From an uncultured bacterium (GTDB taxonomy: Bacteria > Actinomycetota > Acidimicrobiia > Spongiisociales > UBA5794): 64,000 nt of DNA. Location of the stretch: positions 1-64,000 of the forward strand of contig CAWDDT010000006.1 in NCBI GenBank assembly GCA_963801165.1, in the 5' to 3' direction. Below, in pieces: positions 47,961-57,744 of the stretch (its first letter is position 1; each line of letters starts with the position of its first letter). The notes beneath the pieces were generated by a model. It had not been told where the DNA came from. It worked only from the letters and a program-made list of their open reading frames with translations, and did not search any database. A program made the translations under genes and the position numbers.

Positions 47961-48647
47961 ATGGATGACACCATCCTCGCAATGGATGAGCTCGTCGCGC
48001 GGTGGGGTGACGCAGACCGGCGATCCATCTTTGTCCGCGCCTATCGGGAGATGACATCCAGCATGCTTGCCGCCATCGCAGCCGGAGAGTTCGAGGACGG
48101 CCATTGGGTGGAACGCTTGTTGGAGCGCTTCGCCGAATACTATTTCGAAGCTGTTGCACTCCATGCATCGGACCCCGACCGATGTCCCGCGGTCTGGCGC
48201 GTGGCTTTCGACGCCACCGCCGGGAGCGGACTCAGTTCCCTGCGGGCCTTGTTCCTCGGCATCAACGCCCACATCAACTACGACCTAGCGTTGTGCGTGG
48301 CAGATGTCATGGATGATTGGGCGAACCTGGACGACTGCACTCGAGAGTCGCGTCAGAACGACTACGAACGCGTCAACTCCGTGATAAAGCGAACGGTTGA
48401 CACCGTGCAAGACAAGGTCGTGGAACCGATCGCTCCCGGATGGGCGGTCGTTGATCTCCTCATGGGCCCGGTGGATGAGTGGTTGTTCTCAACGCTCATC
48501 GCCGACTGGCGCCACGATACATGGGACGATGCCTTGGCCCTCCTCGAGGCATCTCCCGACCTCGTCGGCCCCGTGCGAGTTCGGATCGAGGGCGAGGCCT
48601 TGGCCATGGCCGACAAGGTCGTACACCTCGGTCCGGATCGACTCTGA
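47961..48647 (+). CDS. DUF5995-like helical protein
   Basis: FVRAYREMT, FAEYYFEA, LFLGINAHINYDL, DYERVN. Confidence 0.75.
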   Translation: MDDTILAMDELVARWGDADRRSIFVRAYREMTSSMLAAIAAGEFEDGHWVERLLERFAEYYFEAVALHASDPDRCPAVWRVAFDATAGSGLSSLRALFLGINAHINYDLALCVADVMDDWANLDDCTRESRQNDYERVNSVIKRTVDTVQDKVVEPIAPGWAVVDLLMGPVDEWLFSTLIADWRHDTWDDALALLEASPDLVGPVRVRIEGEALAMADKVVHLGPDRL

Positions 48648-48672
48648 GCACGTCGCCAAGGAAGTCGGAGGC

Positions 48673-49143
48673 TCAGCTCTCTGGGAAGATCACGCCGCGA
48701 TAGGAAACGTCGGCGTCGGTTGTCAGCCGAACGATCAGCGCGGCGGCATCGTCCTCGGTCAAACCGTGAGCCACCACGCTGAACCCGTCACCGGCTGACT
48801 TCTCCTTCACGAAGTGGTTGAAGCCATTGGCGGAAAGGACCGTCAGCGTCTCGTCGGCGGTTGCCTCATGGACTTGATGCTGGACCCGGACGAAAAACGT
48901 CCCGCTGTCCGTGTCGACCGCGGATCCGGAGGTTTCCGCTTCTATTGGAAAGGTAGTTCTGGTCGCAACATCGTTGCCGGACGAACCGCCGCACGCCGCA
49001 ACCAGCATGACAATAGCCAGGCATGCCGCAGGCAAGCGGATACGAAAGCGGGACCGGTAGAGGTTCTTGGATGAGTCCCGGATGGCTCCCGCCTCACATA
49101 TCACGTGTGGGACCGCTGGGTTCTTCTCGTATCGCCGACTCAT
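48673..49143 (-). CDS. Putative lipoprotein with small SPOR-like domain
   Basis: Lipobox MLVAA-C-GG; short alpha/beta C-domain; start uncertain. Confidence 0.5.
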   Translation of the reverse strand: MSRRYEKNPAVPHVICEAGAIRDSSKNLYRSRFRIRLPAACLAIVMLVAACGGSSGNDVATRTTFPIEAETSGSAVDTDSGTFFVRVQHQVHEATADETLTVLSANGFNHFVKEKSAGDGFSVVAHGLTEDDAAALIVRLTTDADVSYRGVIFPES

Positions 49144-49197
49144 GGCACCTAACGTACGAAGGAGCGCTAAAGGATCACTTAAGGGGAGTTCGCGCAG

Positions 49198-52047
49198 ATG
49201 AAGGGCGATTCGGAGGATCGGTTGACCGCAATCAGGATCATGGGCCCGATGAAGATCGAGGTCGACGCCGTCCAGATTCGGTTTCCTCCTGCGGCCCGGA
49301 GACTGTTGTCCATCTTGCTCGTGGATCCGGAAGCTGAGCTCTCCACCGACACGATCATCGATCGGATGTGGGGTGACGATGCCCCGGCGAGCGCCCGCAC
49401 CGCGCTTCATGTGCACATATCGAGTCTGCGCAAGCGTCTTCCCGGTGTCGTGGAGACCACCGGGGCGGGGTATCGGCTCGAAGAAGCACGGTTTCGCTCC
49501 GACCGTGCCCGCTTCGAGTCGTTCGCCCGGGACGCGCAAAGGGCCGGGCTCCGAGCTGAATGGGAGACGGTCAAAGACAAGGCGGGAGAGGCGCTGGAGC
49601 TCTGGCGTGGCGCGCCACTCACAGACGTGGCGGACGACGAGTTCGCGCTCGGCGAGATTGCCCGCCTCAACGAGATCCAGGTCGGGCTCTTAGAGTTGCA
49701 TATCGACGCCCTCCTTGAACTCGGTCGCAACGATGCGGCGGTCCCACGGTTGCGAAGGCTGATCGCCGACCATCCTCTCCACGAGAGGTTCCGCGAACAA
49801 CTGCTCCTGGCGCTGTACCGGAGCGGCAGGCAGAGCGAGGCGCTGCGGGAATACCAGGCACTACGGAAACAACTCGGCGAGGAGCTGGGGATCGAGCCGA
49901 ATGAAGCCATCAGGGATCTGGAAGAGCGGATCTTGATCCACGACCCGACCCTCGGTACGCAATCTTCGTTGGCGACGCCACACAACCTCCCGGAAACCAC
50001 CACCAGCTTCATCGGCCGACTCGAGGACGTGCGGGAGATCGTGCAGCGCTTTACCGAGACTCGTCTGATCACCGTGACCGGCGGACCGGGCTTCGGCAAG
50101 TCACGTCTCGCAGTGGAAGTGGGTCGCGCCCTTATGGAGAGCAGACCGGGCGGAATCTGGCTCGCCGAATTGGCAGGGGCCGACAGCTCGAGGTCACTAA
50201 CGGCGACGGTCGCCGCGGTCACCGGGGTTGGCGAGCAGATCGACACGCTCGAGCGTCTTGCGGATGCGGTTCGCTCCCGACCGATTCTCCTGATCCTCGA
50301 CAACTGTGAGCATCTGAAGGAACCGGTCCGCCGGCTGCTTGTGGCCTTATTGGCCAAGCCCGGAGCGTGTCGGGTGCTCGCCACCAGCAGAGTGCCCCTT
50401 TCCGTCCCTGGTGGGAGGATCCATCGGCTCGATCCGCTGGACACCGGGATAGATGAGTCCGTTGCCCTGCTGGTCGATCGCGTGCGCAGTGTGGATCGCT
50501 CTTTTGTTCCAGACCCGGACATCGCTGACGAGCTTGTCGCGTTGTCCCGGCGCCTAGGTGGTATCCCGCTCGGGATCGAGCTCGTGGCGAGGTGGATTCC
50601 CAGTCTGGGCGTGCGCGACACCGGTCGGCTGCTCGAACAGGTCCGCGGCGAGAATGCTCTCGAGACCGCCTTCGAGTGGAGCGCTCGGCTGATTCCACCG
50701 ACCGACTTCGAGCTCTTGTGCTCCGTCTCCGTGTTCGGCGCCCCATTCACTCTCGAGCGCGCTCAATCCGTTTGTGACGATCCCGACCTCCTTGCCACCG
50801 CCGGGTCGATATCGCGGCTCGTTGATGCGTCACTTCTGGCGGTCGAATGGTCCGGTGGGGGGACTCGGTACCGCATGCTGGAGCCGATTCGCCAACTCGC
50901 AGGTGTGCGCCTCGAACCCGGTCGGCGGGACTGGCTCGTCGCTCGTCATGCCGGTTCATACCTCGACTCGGCAGACTCGGTGACTGCGGCGTCGTCTCGA
51001 CCCGATCAATCTGCGGCGTTTGCCATGCTCGACGTCGAGATCCCCGACTACCGGGCGGCCCTTTCTCATCTTCGGTCGTCCGGTGATTGGGCCGGTCTCA
51101 CCAGGATTGCCGAGGCGCTGTCCCGCTACTGGTACTCGCGTTACCTGGGGTGGGAGGGTCGATCATGGTTGGACGAGGTACCGCTCGAGGAACTGGGCGA
51201 TACCGACAGGGGCCGGCTGCATCGCGTTTCCGGGTTCCTTGCGTGGGCCGTACACGATTACGAGACCGCGGATCGCCACTACATCGGGCTTTTGGACATC
51301 GGGCGCCGCACCAGCAACGACAAGACCATTGCCGATGCTCTTTACGGTCGCGGCCTCATCCACCAGAAGCGTCGATTTGAGAACGGTGCTGCAATGTTGG
51401 AGGAGGCGGCTTCGCTATACCGCGGAATGGACGACTGCCGACTCGAGTTGGGCCAATGTCTGCTGTTCCGGGGTCTCGATGAGGCATTGAACGGGGACGC
51501 GAGTCTGGGAGAGAGCCTGCTCGCGGAGGCGGTTGATCTGCTCGAGGACGCCGGGCATCTCCGCCAGGTTTCCAAGGCGGAGCGCTGGCGTGCTCATTCG
51601 GCCTGGCGACGCTCCGATCCGGAGACGGCACGCCATCATGCGGACCGTGCCGAGAGTCTGGCGCGGTCTGCAGGCGACCCAATCGCATTGGCCGGGGCCC
51701 TGGTCGAGCAGGCCAACATCGAGATCACCTGGGGCGACCCCGGCAGGGCAGCTCAGCATCTCAGCGAGGCGATGCACCCCATTCCCGCCGATGACGAGGT
51801 CGACACCGCCCAGGTGCTCATCTCCGTCGCCGGGTTGGCTCTTAGCGTCGGCAACGTCGCGCTGGCCGCATGCCTGGTGGCAACCATCGAGGACGTCTAT
51901 GAGCGATACGGGTGGCTCCCCCTTGATGCTTCCCCAACCGGCGGGGCACTAAAGGCACAGGTCGACGGGGTCTCCTCCACGACGGCAGATCCTGTCGCCG
52001 ACGCAGCACGTTTCCTCCATTCGGTGGCCGAATCATCGGGCTCCTGA
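49198..52047 (+). CDS. AfsR/SARP-type regulator (wHTH-BTAD-NB-ARC-like ATPase-TPR)
   Basis: ALELWRG, HPLHERF..LALYRSGRQSEAL, SFIGR, Walker A GGPGFGKS, LILDNCEH, GGIPLGIEL. Confidence 0.93.
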   Translation: MKGDSEDRLTAIRIMGPMKIEVDAVQIRFPPAARRLLSILLVDPEAELSTDTIIDRMWGDDAPASARTALHVHISSLRKRLPGVVETTGAGYRLEEARFRSDRARFESFARDAQRAGLRAEWETVKDKAGEALELWRGAPLTDVADDEFALGEIARLNEIQVGLLELHIDALLELGRNDAAVPRLRRLIADHPLHERFREQLLLALYRSGRQSEALREYQALRKQLGEELGIEPNEAIRDLEERILIHDPTLGTQSSLATPHNLPETTTSFIGRLEDVREIVQRFTETRLITVTGGPGFGKSRLAVEVGRALMESRPGGIWLAELAGADSSRSLTATVAAVTGVGEQIDTLERLADAVRSRPILLILDNCEHLKEPVRRLLVALLAKPGACRVLATSRVPLSVPGGRIHRLDPLDTGIDESVALLVDRVRSVDRSFVPDPDIADELVALSRRLGGIPLGIELVARWIPSLGVRDTGRLLEQVRGENALETAFEWSARLIPPTDFELLCSVSVFGAPFTLERAQSVCDDPDLLATAGSISRLVDASLLAVEWSGGGTRYRMLEPIRQLAGVRLEPGRRDWLVARHAGSYLDSADSVTAASSRPDQSAAFAMLDVEIPDYRAALSHLRSSGDWAGLTRIAEALSRYWYSRYLGWEGRSWLDEVPLEELGDTDRGRLHRVSGFLAWAVHDYETADRHYIGLLDIGRRTSNDKTIADALYGRGLIHQKRRFENGAAMLEEAASLYRGMDDCRLELGQCLLFRGLDEALNGDASLGESLLAEAVDLLEDAGHLRQVSKAERWRAHSAWRRSDPETARHHADRAESLARSAGDPIALAGALVEQANIEITWGDPGRAAQHLSEAMHPIPADDEVDTAQVLISVAGLALSVGNVALAACLVATIEDVYERYGWLPLDASPTGGALKAQVDGVSSTTADPVADAARFLHSVAESSGS

Positions 52048-52154
52048 CTCAGTACCACCAGTGTTGCGCGAGGGCGTCTTTAGCGGTCGTTTAGTGCCGT
52101 CGCGTACCGTCGGGCCAAAGCGGTTGGAATGGGGACGTAGTGGAGGGAATAGGA

Positions 52155-53042
52155 ATGGTTGTCTCGAGAAGGTCTTTAGGTCGGCTTGCTTGCTTGGCCG
52201 TATTGCTGGTCGTTCTGACGGCGTGTGGGGCGAACGATGTGGCGGAGCGTGTGGCAGAGGCAAGCAGCGGGGAAGATGTTGATGTCACCCTGGGCGACGA
52301 CGGATCATTCCGGGTGAGTACCGACGAGGGTGAGATGCAGCTCGGTGTGAACGAGCGCCCCGATTGGCTACCGAGCGACTTCTATCTCCCGCCCGACCTC
52401 GAGATCGTCGGTTCGAGCAGTAGCACCGAGACAGGAAGGAATGAACTCGGGGGCGCATCTCCGAGTCTCGACGCCGATCAGTTGATCGCCGACGTCCAGC
52501 AACACCTGCTCGACGCCGGCTATGAGTTGCTAAGCGAGGACGAGGTAAACAGGAGCGTGGTCTTTGCCAAGGGGGGCATTGGGCTGGTCAAGCTCGGCAC
52601 GACAGAGGGAATGATCGGATTCCCGGACGCCGGTGGTCTCTCCATCGTCATCGAACCAAATGCCGACCTCGACGAAGTCAGGCTCCAGTACGAGGCAGAG
52701 TCGGTCACCGAGGGGGAAGGGGTCGCCGTGGCGGACGGCGCGGAGTTCCGGACCACAGGCGAGTGCCGGATCCAGGGGCACAGCTTCTCCTTTACCGCCG
52801 GCGATGGGTCGATGGCGCTGCAAATCGACACGAGCACGACGCCGGTCTATGCAGCAGGTAACGTGGTCGACTTCTCAGTCGATCCGCCGGTCTTCTTCAT
52901 CATGGACACAACGCTACCGGGGGGCGAGGGTATCGAGTCGCAGACCGCCAAGTCCGGATTCTCCGCCACCGGCCCTATGAGGAACGGCATCGACACCGCT
53001 CAGGACCCGGTTCCGGGCTCGATCCAGGTGACCTGCGGGTAG
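52155..53042 (+). CDS. Lipoprotein, hypothetical
   Basis: Lipobox VLTA-C; acidic; ends in QVTCG. Confidence 0.8.
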   Translation: MVVSRRSLGRLACLAVLLVVLTACGANDVAERVAEASSGEDVDVTLGDDGSFRVSTDEGEMQLGVNERPDWLPSDFYLPPDLEIVGSSSSTETGRNELGGASPSLDADQLIADVQQHLLDAGYELLSEDEVNRSVVFAKGGIGLVKLGTTEGMIGFPDAGGLSIVIEPNADLDEVRLQYEAESVTEGEGVAVADGAEFRTTGECRIQGHSFSFTAGDGSMALQIDTSTTPVYAAGNVVDFSVDPPVFFIMDTTLPGGEGIESQTAKSGFSATGPMRNGIDTAQDPVPGSIQVTCG

Positions 53043-53066
53043 CGGGCCACTGAGGAGATCCTCGGG

Positions 53067-55556
53067 ATGCGAATCCGAACCCAGAAGACCCGGTGGGCGC
53101 ATATGGCTCTCCTCTGCGCACTTGCCGCACTGGCCTCTGCTTGCACGGGCCCGGCAAACGGCGAATCCGCAACGACCGCATCACCTGCACCGGCGCTGCC
53201 GGCCGCGGCTCTGATGGACCAGGTGTTCGGCGGAACCCAGGCCGTGCAGGACTTCGCCATCCACATCGACATGGCCAAGCAGACCGACGACGTGCCGGTG
53301 AGTTTCTATCACGAGGTCCTGGACAGGGCAGCCGTCGGCCAGGGCGATCCGGTCGATCTCGCCGGGGGCTTCACTTTCACTCCTACCACCTCCATCGAAG
53401 GGCAGGAAGTGGACGGCGACGGTGACGTCCTGCCCAGCCTCTCGGTGGACTTCGGGCTGCTGGGAGCGTCACCCGAGGTGCTTGCTGCCGCCAAGAACGA
53501 TCTGGTCGACGCGTTTCGAAACCGCGGCAACGACGAGGTCGCGGATCTCTTAGCTGAAGCGGAGCCGGCGGACGTTCAGATGCTCGTGGAGATCGTCACC
53601 GCGGACCTGGCAGAGCGACGCACCCATGTCGGCCCGGGCGACCGCTCCGCCGTCGACATCACCTTCACCTCGGTTTCGCCTGGTGACGGGATCACCTCGG
53701 TCTACCTGTTCGGCGAGACGCTGCCCGGTGATCCCACCGAGGAGTCCGGCCTCTCGGACACGGAGCTGTTCGTCTACCGATGGAACCACGGACTCATCTC
53801 GATTCTTGGCGGCGACGAGGGTCTCGACGTAGTCATGGATGAGACCGCGATCGCTGTCAAGGGCTCCACCATCCTCTCTCGGGAGACTAAGCGAGCCGTG
53901 CTGGCCGATGCCAGCCTGGAAGGCTTCCTTCGCGGAATCCGACTCGCGGAGGATTCGTTGTCATCCGGAAAAGTCTTCGTGAATGAGGATGGTTGGGCCG
54001 TGTGGGATGATGGTGCGAATCAGATGAGGGTCGGTACCCCCGCGGAACTCGTGCTCGAGGGTGCCGTGTTTGCAGCCGAGGTCTACTGCCAATGGGCTGC
54101 GGCGAAACTCAACGCCTGGAACAAGTGGCAGGGTACGCATCCCCAGGTCGAGTCGGATGCCAGCACTGCGCCTGCGGGAGATGACGAAGGCGACACGCTC
54201 GGAGAGACCACGACCACGGTGCGGCCGCCGGGCCCGGTTTCTTGTCACCCTCCCTCGCAGACAAAGTTCGAGCCGCCGTTTCTTGGTGCCCCTGCTCCCG
54301 CGGCCGTGTACGGAGACGTGCACGTCCTGACGTTCGACGGCGCGACGTACGCAAACCAGGCCGCGGGGGAGTTCGCACTATTCGACAATGGTGGCGCTAC
54401 CGTTCAGGTGCGTACCGAGCCGTACGAGGATTCCGACGTGGTATCGGTCGCCACGGCGGTAGCGGCACAGATGGATGGGCACGCGGTGTCAGTCCATGCA
54501 AGTGGGGAAACGTACGTCGACGACGAGCGCACCGAGCTCACGCGGGGAGTGCCGTTCTCCGTCGGGAGCGGCGCCGTGCTCCGGTCCCAGACAGGGTGGG
54601 TGCTCGCGTGGCCCAACGGGACCGCGGTCACGGTCAATGCCTACGACGGACATCTCTCGGTATTCGTTGCCCAGCCGGCAGGTCCATCAACCGGGATGCT
54701 CGGCGATGGCGACGGCGATCCCGACAATGACCTCGTCGCCAGGTCTGGAGCGATGCTCGATCCGAACGCGACGAGCTTCGAGACGTTCTATCCCGAATAC
54801 ATCGATACGTGGCGGATCACCGATGACGAGTCGCTCTTCCATTACGGACCGGGCCAAAGCACGAACACGTTCGCTATCGATGGGTTCCCTGCCGAGGAGT
54901 CTTCGGTCGAGGCACTGCCCCATCAGACCCGGGACGAGGCTGAGGCGGCGTGTCGGGACCTCGCCATCAGCAGAGAGGATCTGCTGCTCGACTGCATCCT
55001 GGATGTAGGTCTCACCGGTGACAGGAGCTTCGCCTATCCCGTGTTTGAAGTTGAGGCCTCGGCGCCGGAGCGCGACGTGGACCCAACCGACGGTGGTTCC
55101 AGCTCCGCTGAGGCGGGCCCGGACACATTGACCGTGGGTGACCTCACGTTCGCATTTGGTCCTAACCCGCCCATCCAGGACCCGAGTGGGTTTCAGCCGC
55201 AGTGGACGTGCTCAACAGCCGGTGGAGCCTTCTACGCCACCAGCAGATTCGTCGAATCCCCAGGACGGGAGATCAAGGTCACGATCGAATACCGTGATGC
55301 TGAGGCCAGTGGAACCGGTGAGCAGCGGTTTGCGATGGTGGTCGAGCTGAACGCTGAGCCGTACGCCTGGATGGTGACCTTCGTCGAACCGGCTCCGGGA
55401 TCCATCGATGAGCTCTCCGTGGACGGTTCGACGCTGACCGCCAGTGGTACGGCCTACCTCAACGATCCGATCGACCCGAACCTGTCTCCGTTCGCCCTGC
55501 TGCCGGAGCGAAGCACCTTCCAGCCATTCCGGCTCAGCGCCACGTGCGATGAGTGA
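53067..55556 (+). CDS. Lipoprotein with von Willebrand D (VWD)-like domain
   Basis: Lipobox LASA-C; YGDVHVLTFDGATYANQAAGEF, GMLGDGDGDPDND, WRIT..ESLF, DCILDV. Confidence 0.8.
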   Translation: MRIRTQKTRWAHMALLCALAALASACTGPANGESATTASPAPALPAAALMDQVFGGTQAVQDFAIHIDMAKQTDDVPVSFYHEVLDRAAVGQGDPVDLAGGFTFTPTTSIEGQEVDGDGDVLPSLSVDFGLLGASPEVLAAAKNDLVDAFRNRGNDEVADLLAEAEPADVQMLVEIVTADLAERRTHVGPGDRSAVDITFTSVSPGDGITSVYLFGETLPGDPTEESGLSDTELFVYRWNHGLISILGGDEGLDVVMDETAIAVKGSTILSRETKRAVLADASLEGFLRGIRLAEDSLSSGKVFVNEDGWAVWDDGANQMRVGTPAELVLEGAVFAAEVYCQWAAAKLNAWNKWQGTHPQVESDASTAPAGDDEGDTLGETTTTVRPPGPVSCHPPSQTKFEPPFLGAPAPAAVYGDVHVLTFDGATYANQAAGEFALFDNGGATVQVRTEPYEDSDVVSVATAVAAQMDGHAVSVHASGETYVDDERTELTRGVPFSVGSGAVLRSQTGWVLAWPNGTAVTVNAYDGHLSVFVAQPAGPSTGMLGDGDGDPDNDLVARSGAMLDPNATSFETFYPEYIDTWRITDDESLFHYGPGQSTNTFAIDGFPAEESSVEALPHQTRDEAEAACRDLAISREDLLLDCILDVGLTGDRSFAYPVFEVEASAPERDVDPTDGGSSSAEAGPDTLTVGDLTFAFGPNPPIQDPSGFQPQWTCSTAGGAFYATSRFVESPGREIKVTIEYRDAEASGTGEQRFAMVVELNAEPYAWMVTFVEPAPGSIDELSVDGSTLTASGTAYLNDPIDPNLSPFALLPERSTFQPFRLSATCDE

Positions 55557-55568
55557 CCAGATCCCGGT

Positions 55569-55910
55569 TCACGGGAGCGAGATTTCGTCGTAGGGATCCC
55601 ATTGCGTCAGTTGGTAGATGAATTGGTCGTCATGCCGGTGCTCCTGATGCCCAGCTGGGGTTCGGGAGCGCGGTCGGCGATGCGCGCAGCGTATTCGGTT
55701 TTCAGTTTGATCGATCAGTTCGGGCATGGCCGACTCGAGTGCCTCGCTGTATGCCGGGGCGATGTCCTTGGCGAGGTCCCGCCCCTTGCGGGTTTCCGGC
55801 GGGCCGAATCTGTAATGGAGGATGGTTCCGGAGGTGTCCCGGTCGAACTTGATCGTGTGGAGGAAACGTACCGGACCGACTGACGTATCGGCGATCGTGC
55901 AGTCCGTGGC
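55569..55910 (-). pseudogene. C-terminal gene fragment (possibly DUF2652-type)
   Basis: PVRFLHTIKFDRDTSGTILHYRFGPPET; no plausible N-terminus. Confidence 0.35.
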
Positions 55911-56011
55911 GTTTGGATGCTTCTCCGTCTCGAGCTCCATCCGTTCTCAGGGTCGGACAGTCACCCAGGCGCTCGCCAGGACCGGCTATCGCCAGTTGGT
56001 ACTCTCCGACT

Positions 56012-57631
56012 ATGGCCGAGTCCGCAGACGCGTTGATAGAGGAAGGGCGGATCGCCGCGGAGGACCACGCGTGGCAGCGGGTCTTCGACGCGTATACCGC
56101 CGCCGGCGGTGCCGGTGTACTCAACGAAGGCGATCTGGAGTCCTATTGGACGGCGGCCTATCTCATCGGCGACGTCGCCGCCGCAGTCGATGCTCTCTCC
56201 CGCCGCTACCAGTCCGCCCTCGGGGCCGGCGAGCAGAGTGCCGCGGCCATCGTCGGCGGGTGGGCGGTGTTCATGCTCATCATGCATGGGGCAGTTGCCC
56301 AGGCCGGAGGCTGGCTTTCGAGGCTGGGACCCATTGTCGCCGACCTGCCAGAGGCCGATGTGGCCCGCGGGTACATGCGCTGTCTCGAGGCATTCCGCAG
56401 CACCGCGATGGAACGCGACTACGCGGCGGGCCACGAGGCGGCGAGCGAGGTGATCGCCGCGGCCCGCCATCACGGGGATCACGACCTTCTCGCTCTCGGG
56501 CTCAACATCGACGCCCGGGCTCTGGTGCGAGCCGGCCACATCGACGAGGGAATGCGCCGTTTTGATGAGGCCATGGTGGAGTTGGTCTCCGGTGCCCTGT
56601 CGCCGATTGTTACCGGCACCGTCTACTGCTCGATGATCGAAGCGTGCGAGGAGATCGCCGAGATTCAGCGCGCCAGGGAGTGGACCGAGACGCTCACCAC
56701 GTGGTGTGAGAGACAGCACGGGATGGTGACGTTCAACGGACAGTGCCTCACCCATCGCGCCACCATCTTGCGCCAGCAGGGGCGGTGGGACGAGGCGGCG
56801 ATTGAGGCAGAGCAGGCTCGGGAGAAGTTCGTAGGGGCAGCCGACCAGCCGGCGACGGGCCGCGCCTGGTACGAGCGCGCCGAGATCCACCGGCTGCGCG
56901 GCGAGTGGCCTGAGGCCGAAGCTGCGTATCGGGAGGCCGCGCAATGGGGCCACGACCCCCAGCCGGGCCTCGCCTTGCTCAGGATCGCCGGGGGAGACGT
57001 CCCCACAGCTGCGGCCGCGATGCGGCGACGTCTTGCCGAGGCGCCGGATCTCGTCGACCGTGTCCGTCTCCTCCCGGCCCATGTCGACGTCATGCTCGCC
57101 GCCGGGGCACCGTCCGAGGCGGCCGCCGCCGCGGCGGAGCTGTCGCGGCTCGCATCCACCTACGGCACCGTCGCCCTACAGGCTCGTGCCGATTTTGCCT
57201 CGGCTGTGGTCCGCCTTGCCGGCGACGACCCGGAGCCTGCCCTTGTCGAGCTACGCCAGGCCGCGGCGGCGTGGAGGTCGCTGCAATCGCCATACGAGGA
57301 GGCACGCACCCGGATGCGGATCGCAGAGGCGTGTCGCTCCCTCGGAGATGAGGAGGCCGCGGTTCTCGAAGAGACGACTGCCGTCGACACCTTCGCCCGC
57401 CTGGGTGCGGCAAAGCCTGCTGTGGAGCCGGAAGTGTCGCATCCGCTGTCGCCTCGCGAGTTGGAGGTGCTCGCCCTCGTGGCTACGGGGATGACGAACC
57501 AGCAGATCGCCGATGAGCTGTTTCTCGCCGTCAAGACGATCGAGCGCCACGTGGGCAACATCCTCATGAAACTGGACGTGCCTTCCCGTACGGGCGCCAC
57601 CGCCTACGCCTACGAGCACCACCTTGTCTGA
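56012..57631 (+). CDS. LuxR family regulator with TPR-like region
   Basis: YCSMIEAC, GHDPQPGLALL, LSPRELEVLALVATGMTNQQIA..KTIERHVGNI. Confidence 0.93.
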   Translation: MAESADALIEEGRIAAEDHAWQRVFDAYTAAGGAGVLNEGDLESYWTAAYLIGDVAAAVDALSRRYQSALGAGEQSAAAIVGGWAVFMLIMHGAVAQAGGWLSRLGPIVADLPEADVARGYMRCLEAFRSTAMERDYAAGHEAASEVIAAARHHGDHDLLALGLNIDARALVRAGHIDEGMRRFDEAMVELVSGALSPIVTGTVYCSMIEACEEIAEIQRAREWTETLTTWCERQHGMVTFNGQCLTHRATILRQQGRWDEAAIEAEQAREKFVGAADQPATGRAWYERAEIHRLRGEWPEAEAAYREAAQWGHDPQPGLALLRIAGGDVPTAAAAMRRRLAEAPDLVDRVRLLPAHVDVMLAAGAPSEAAAAAAELSRLASTYGTVALQARADFASAVVRLAGDDPEPALVELRQAAAAWRSLQSPYEEARTRMRIAEACRSLGDEEAAVLEETTAVDTFARLGAAKPAVEPEVSHPLSPRELEVLALVATGMTNQQIADELFLAVKTIERHVGNILMKLDVPSRTGATAYAYEHHLV

Positions 57632-57655
57632 CCGATGAGGGGAAACCCTCATCGG
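57632..57655 (+). promoter_or_regulatory. Palindrome (terminator or LuxR operator)
   Basis: CCGATGAGGG-GAAA-CCCTCATCGG right after the stop, no U-tract. Confidence 0.55.
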
Positions 57656-57744
57656 CGATTGCGACAGAACGCGGGACCTCCCCGAAGTCGCAGCAGAGTC
57701 CTCGTCGTACGTTGACGCTGAGCAGTCCAAATGAGGAGGATCTG

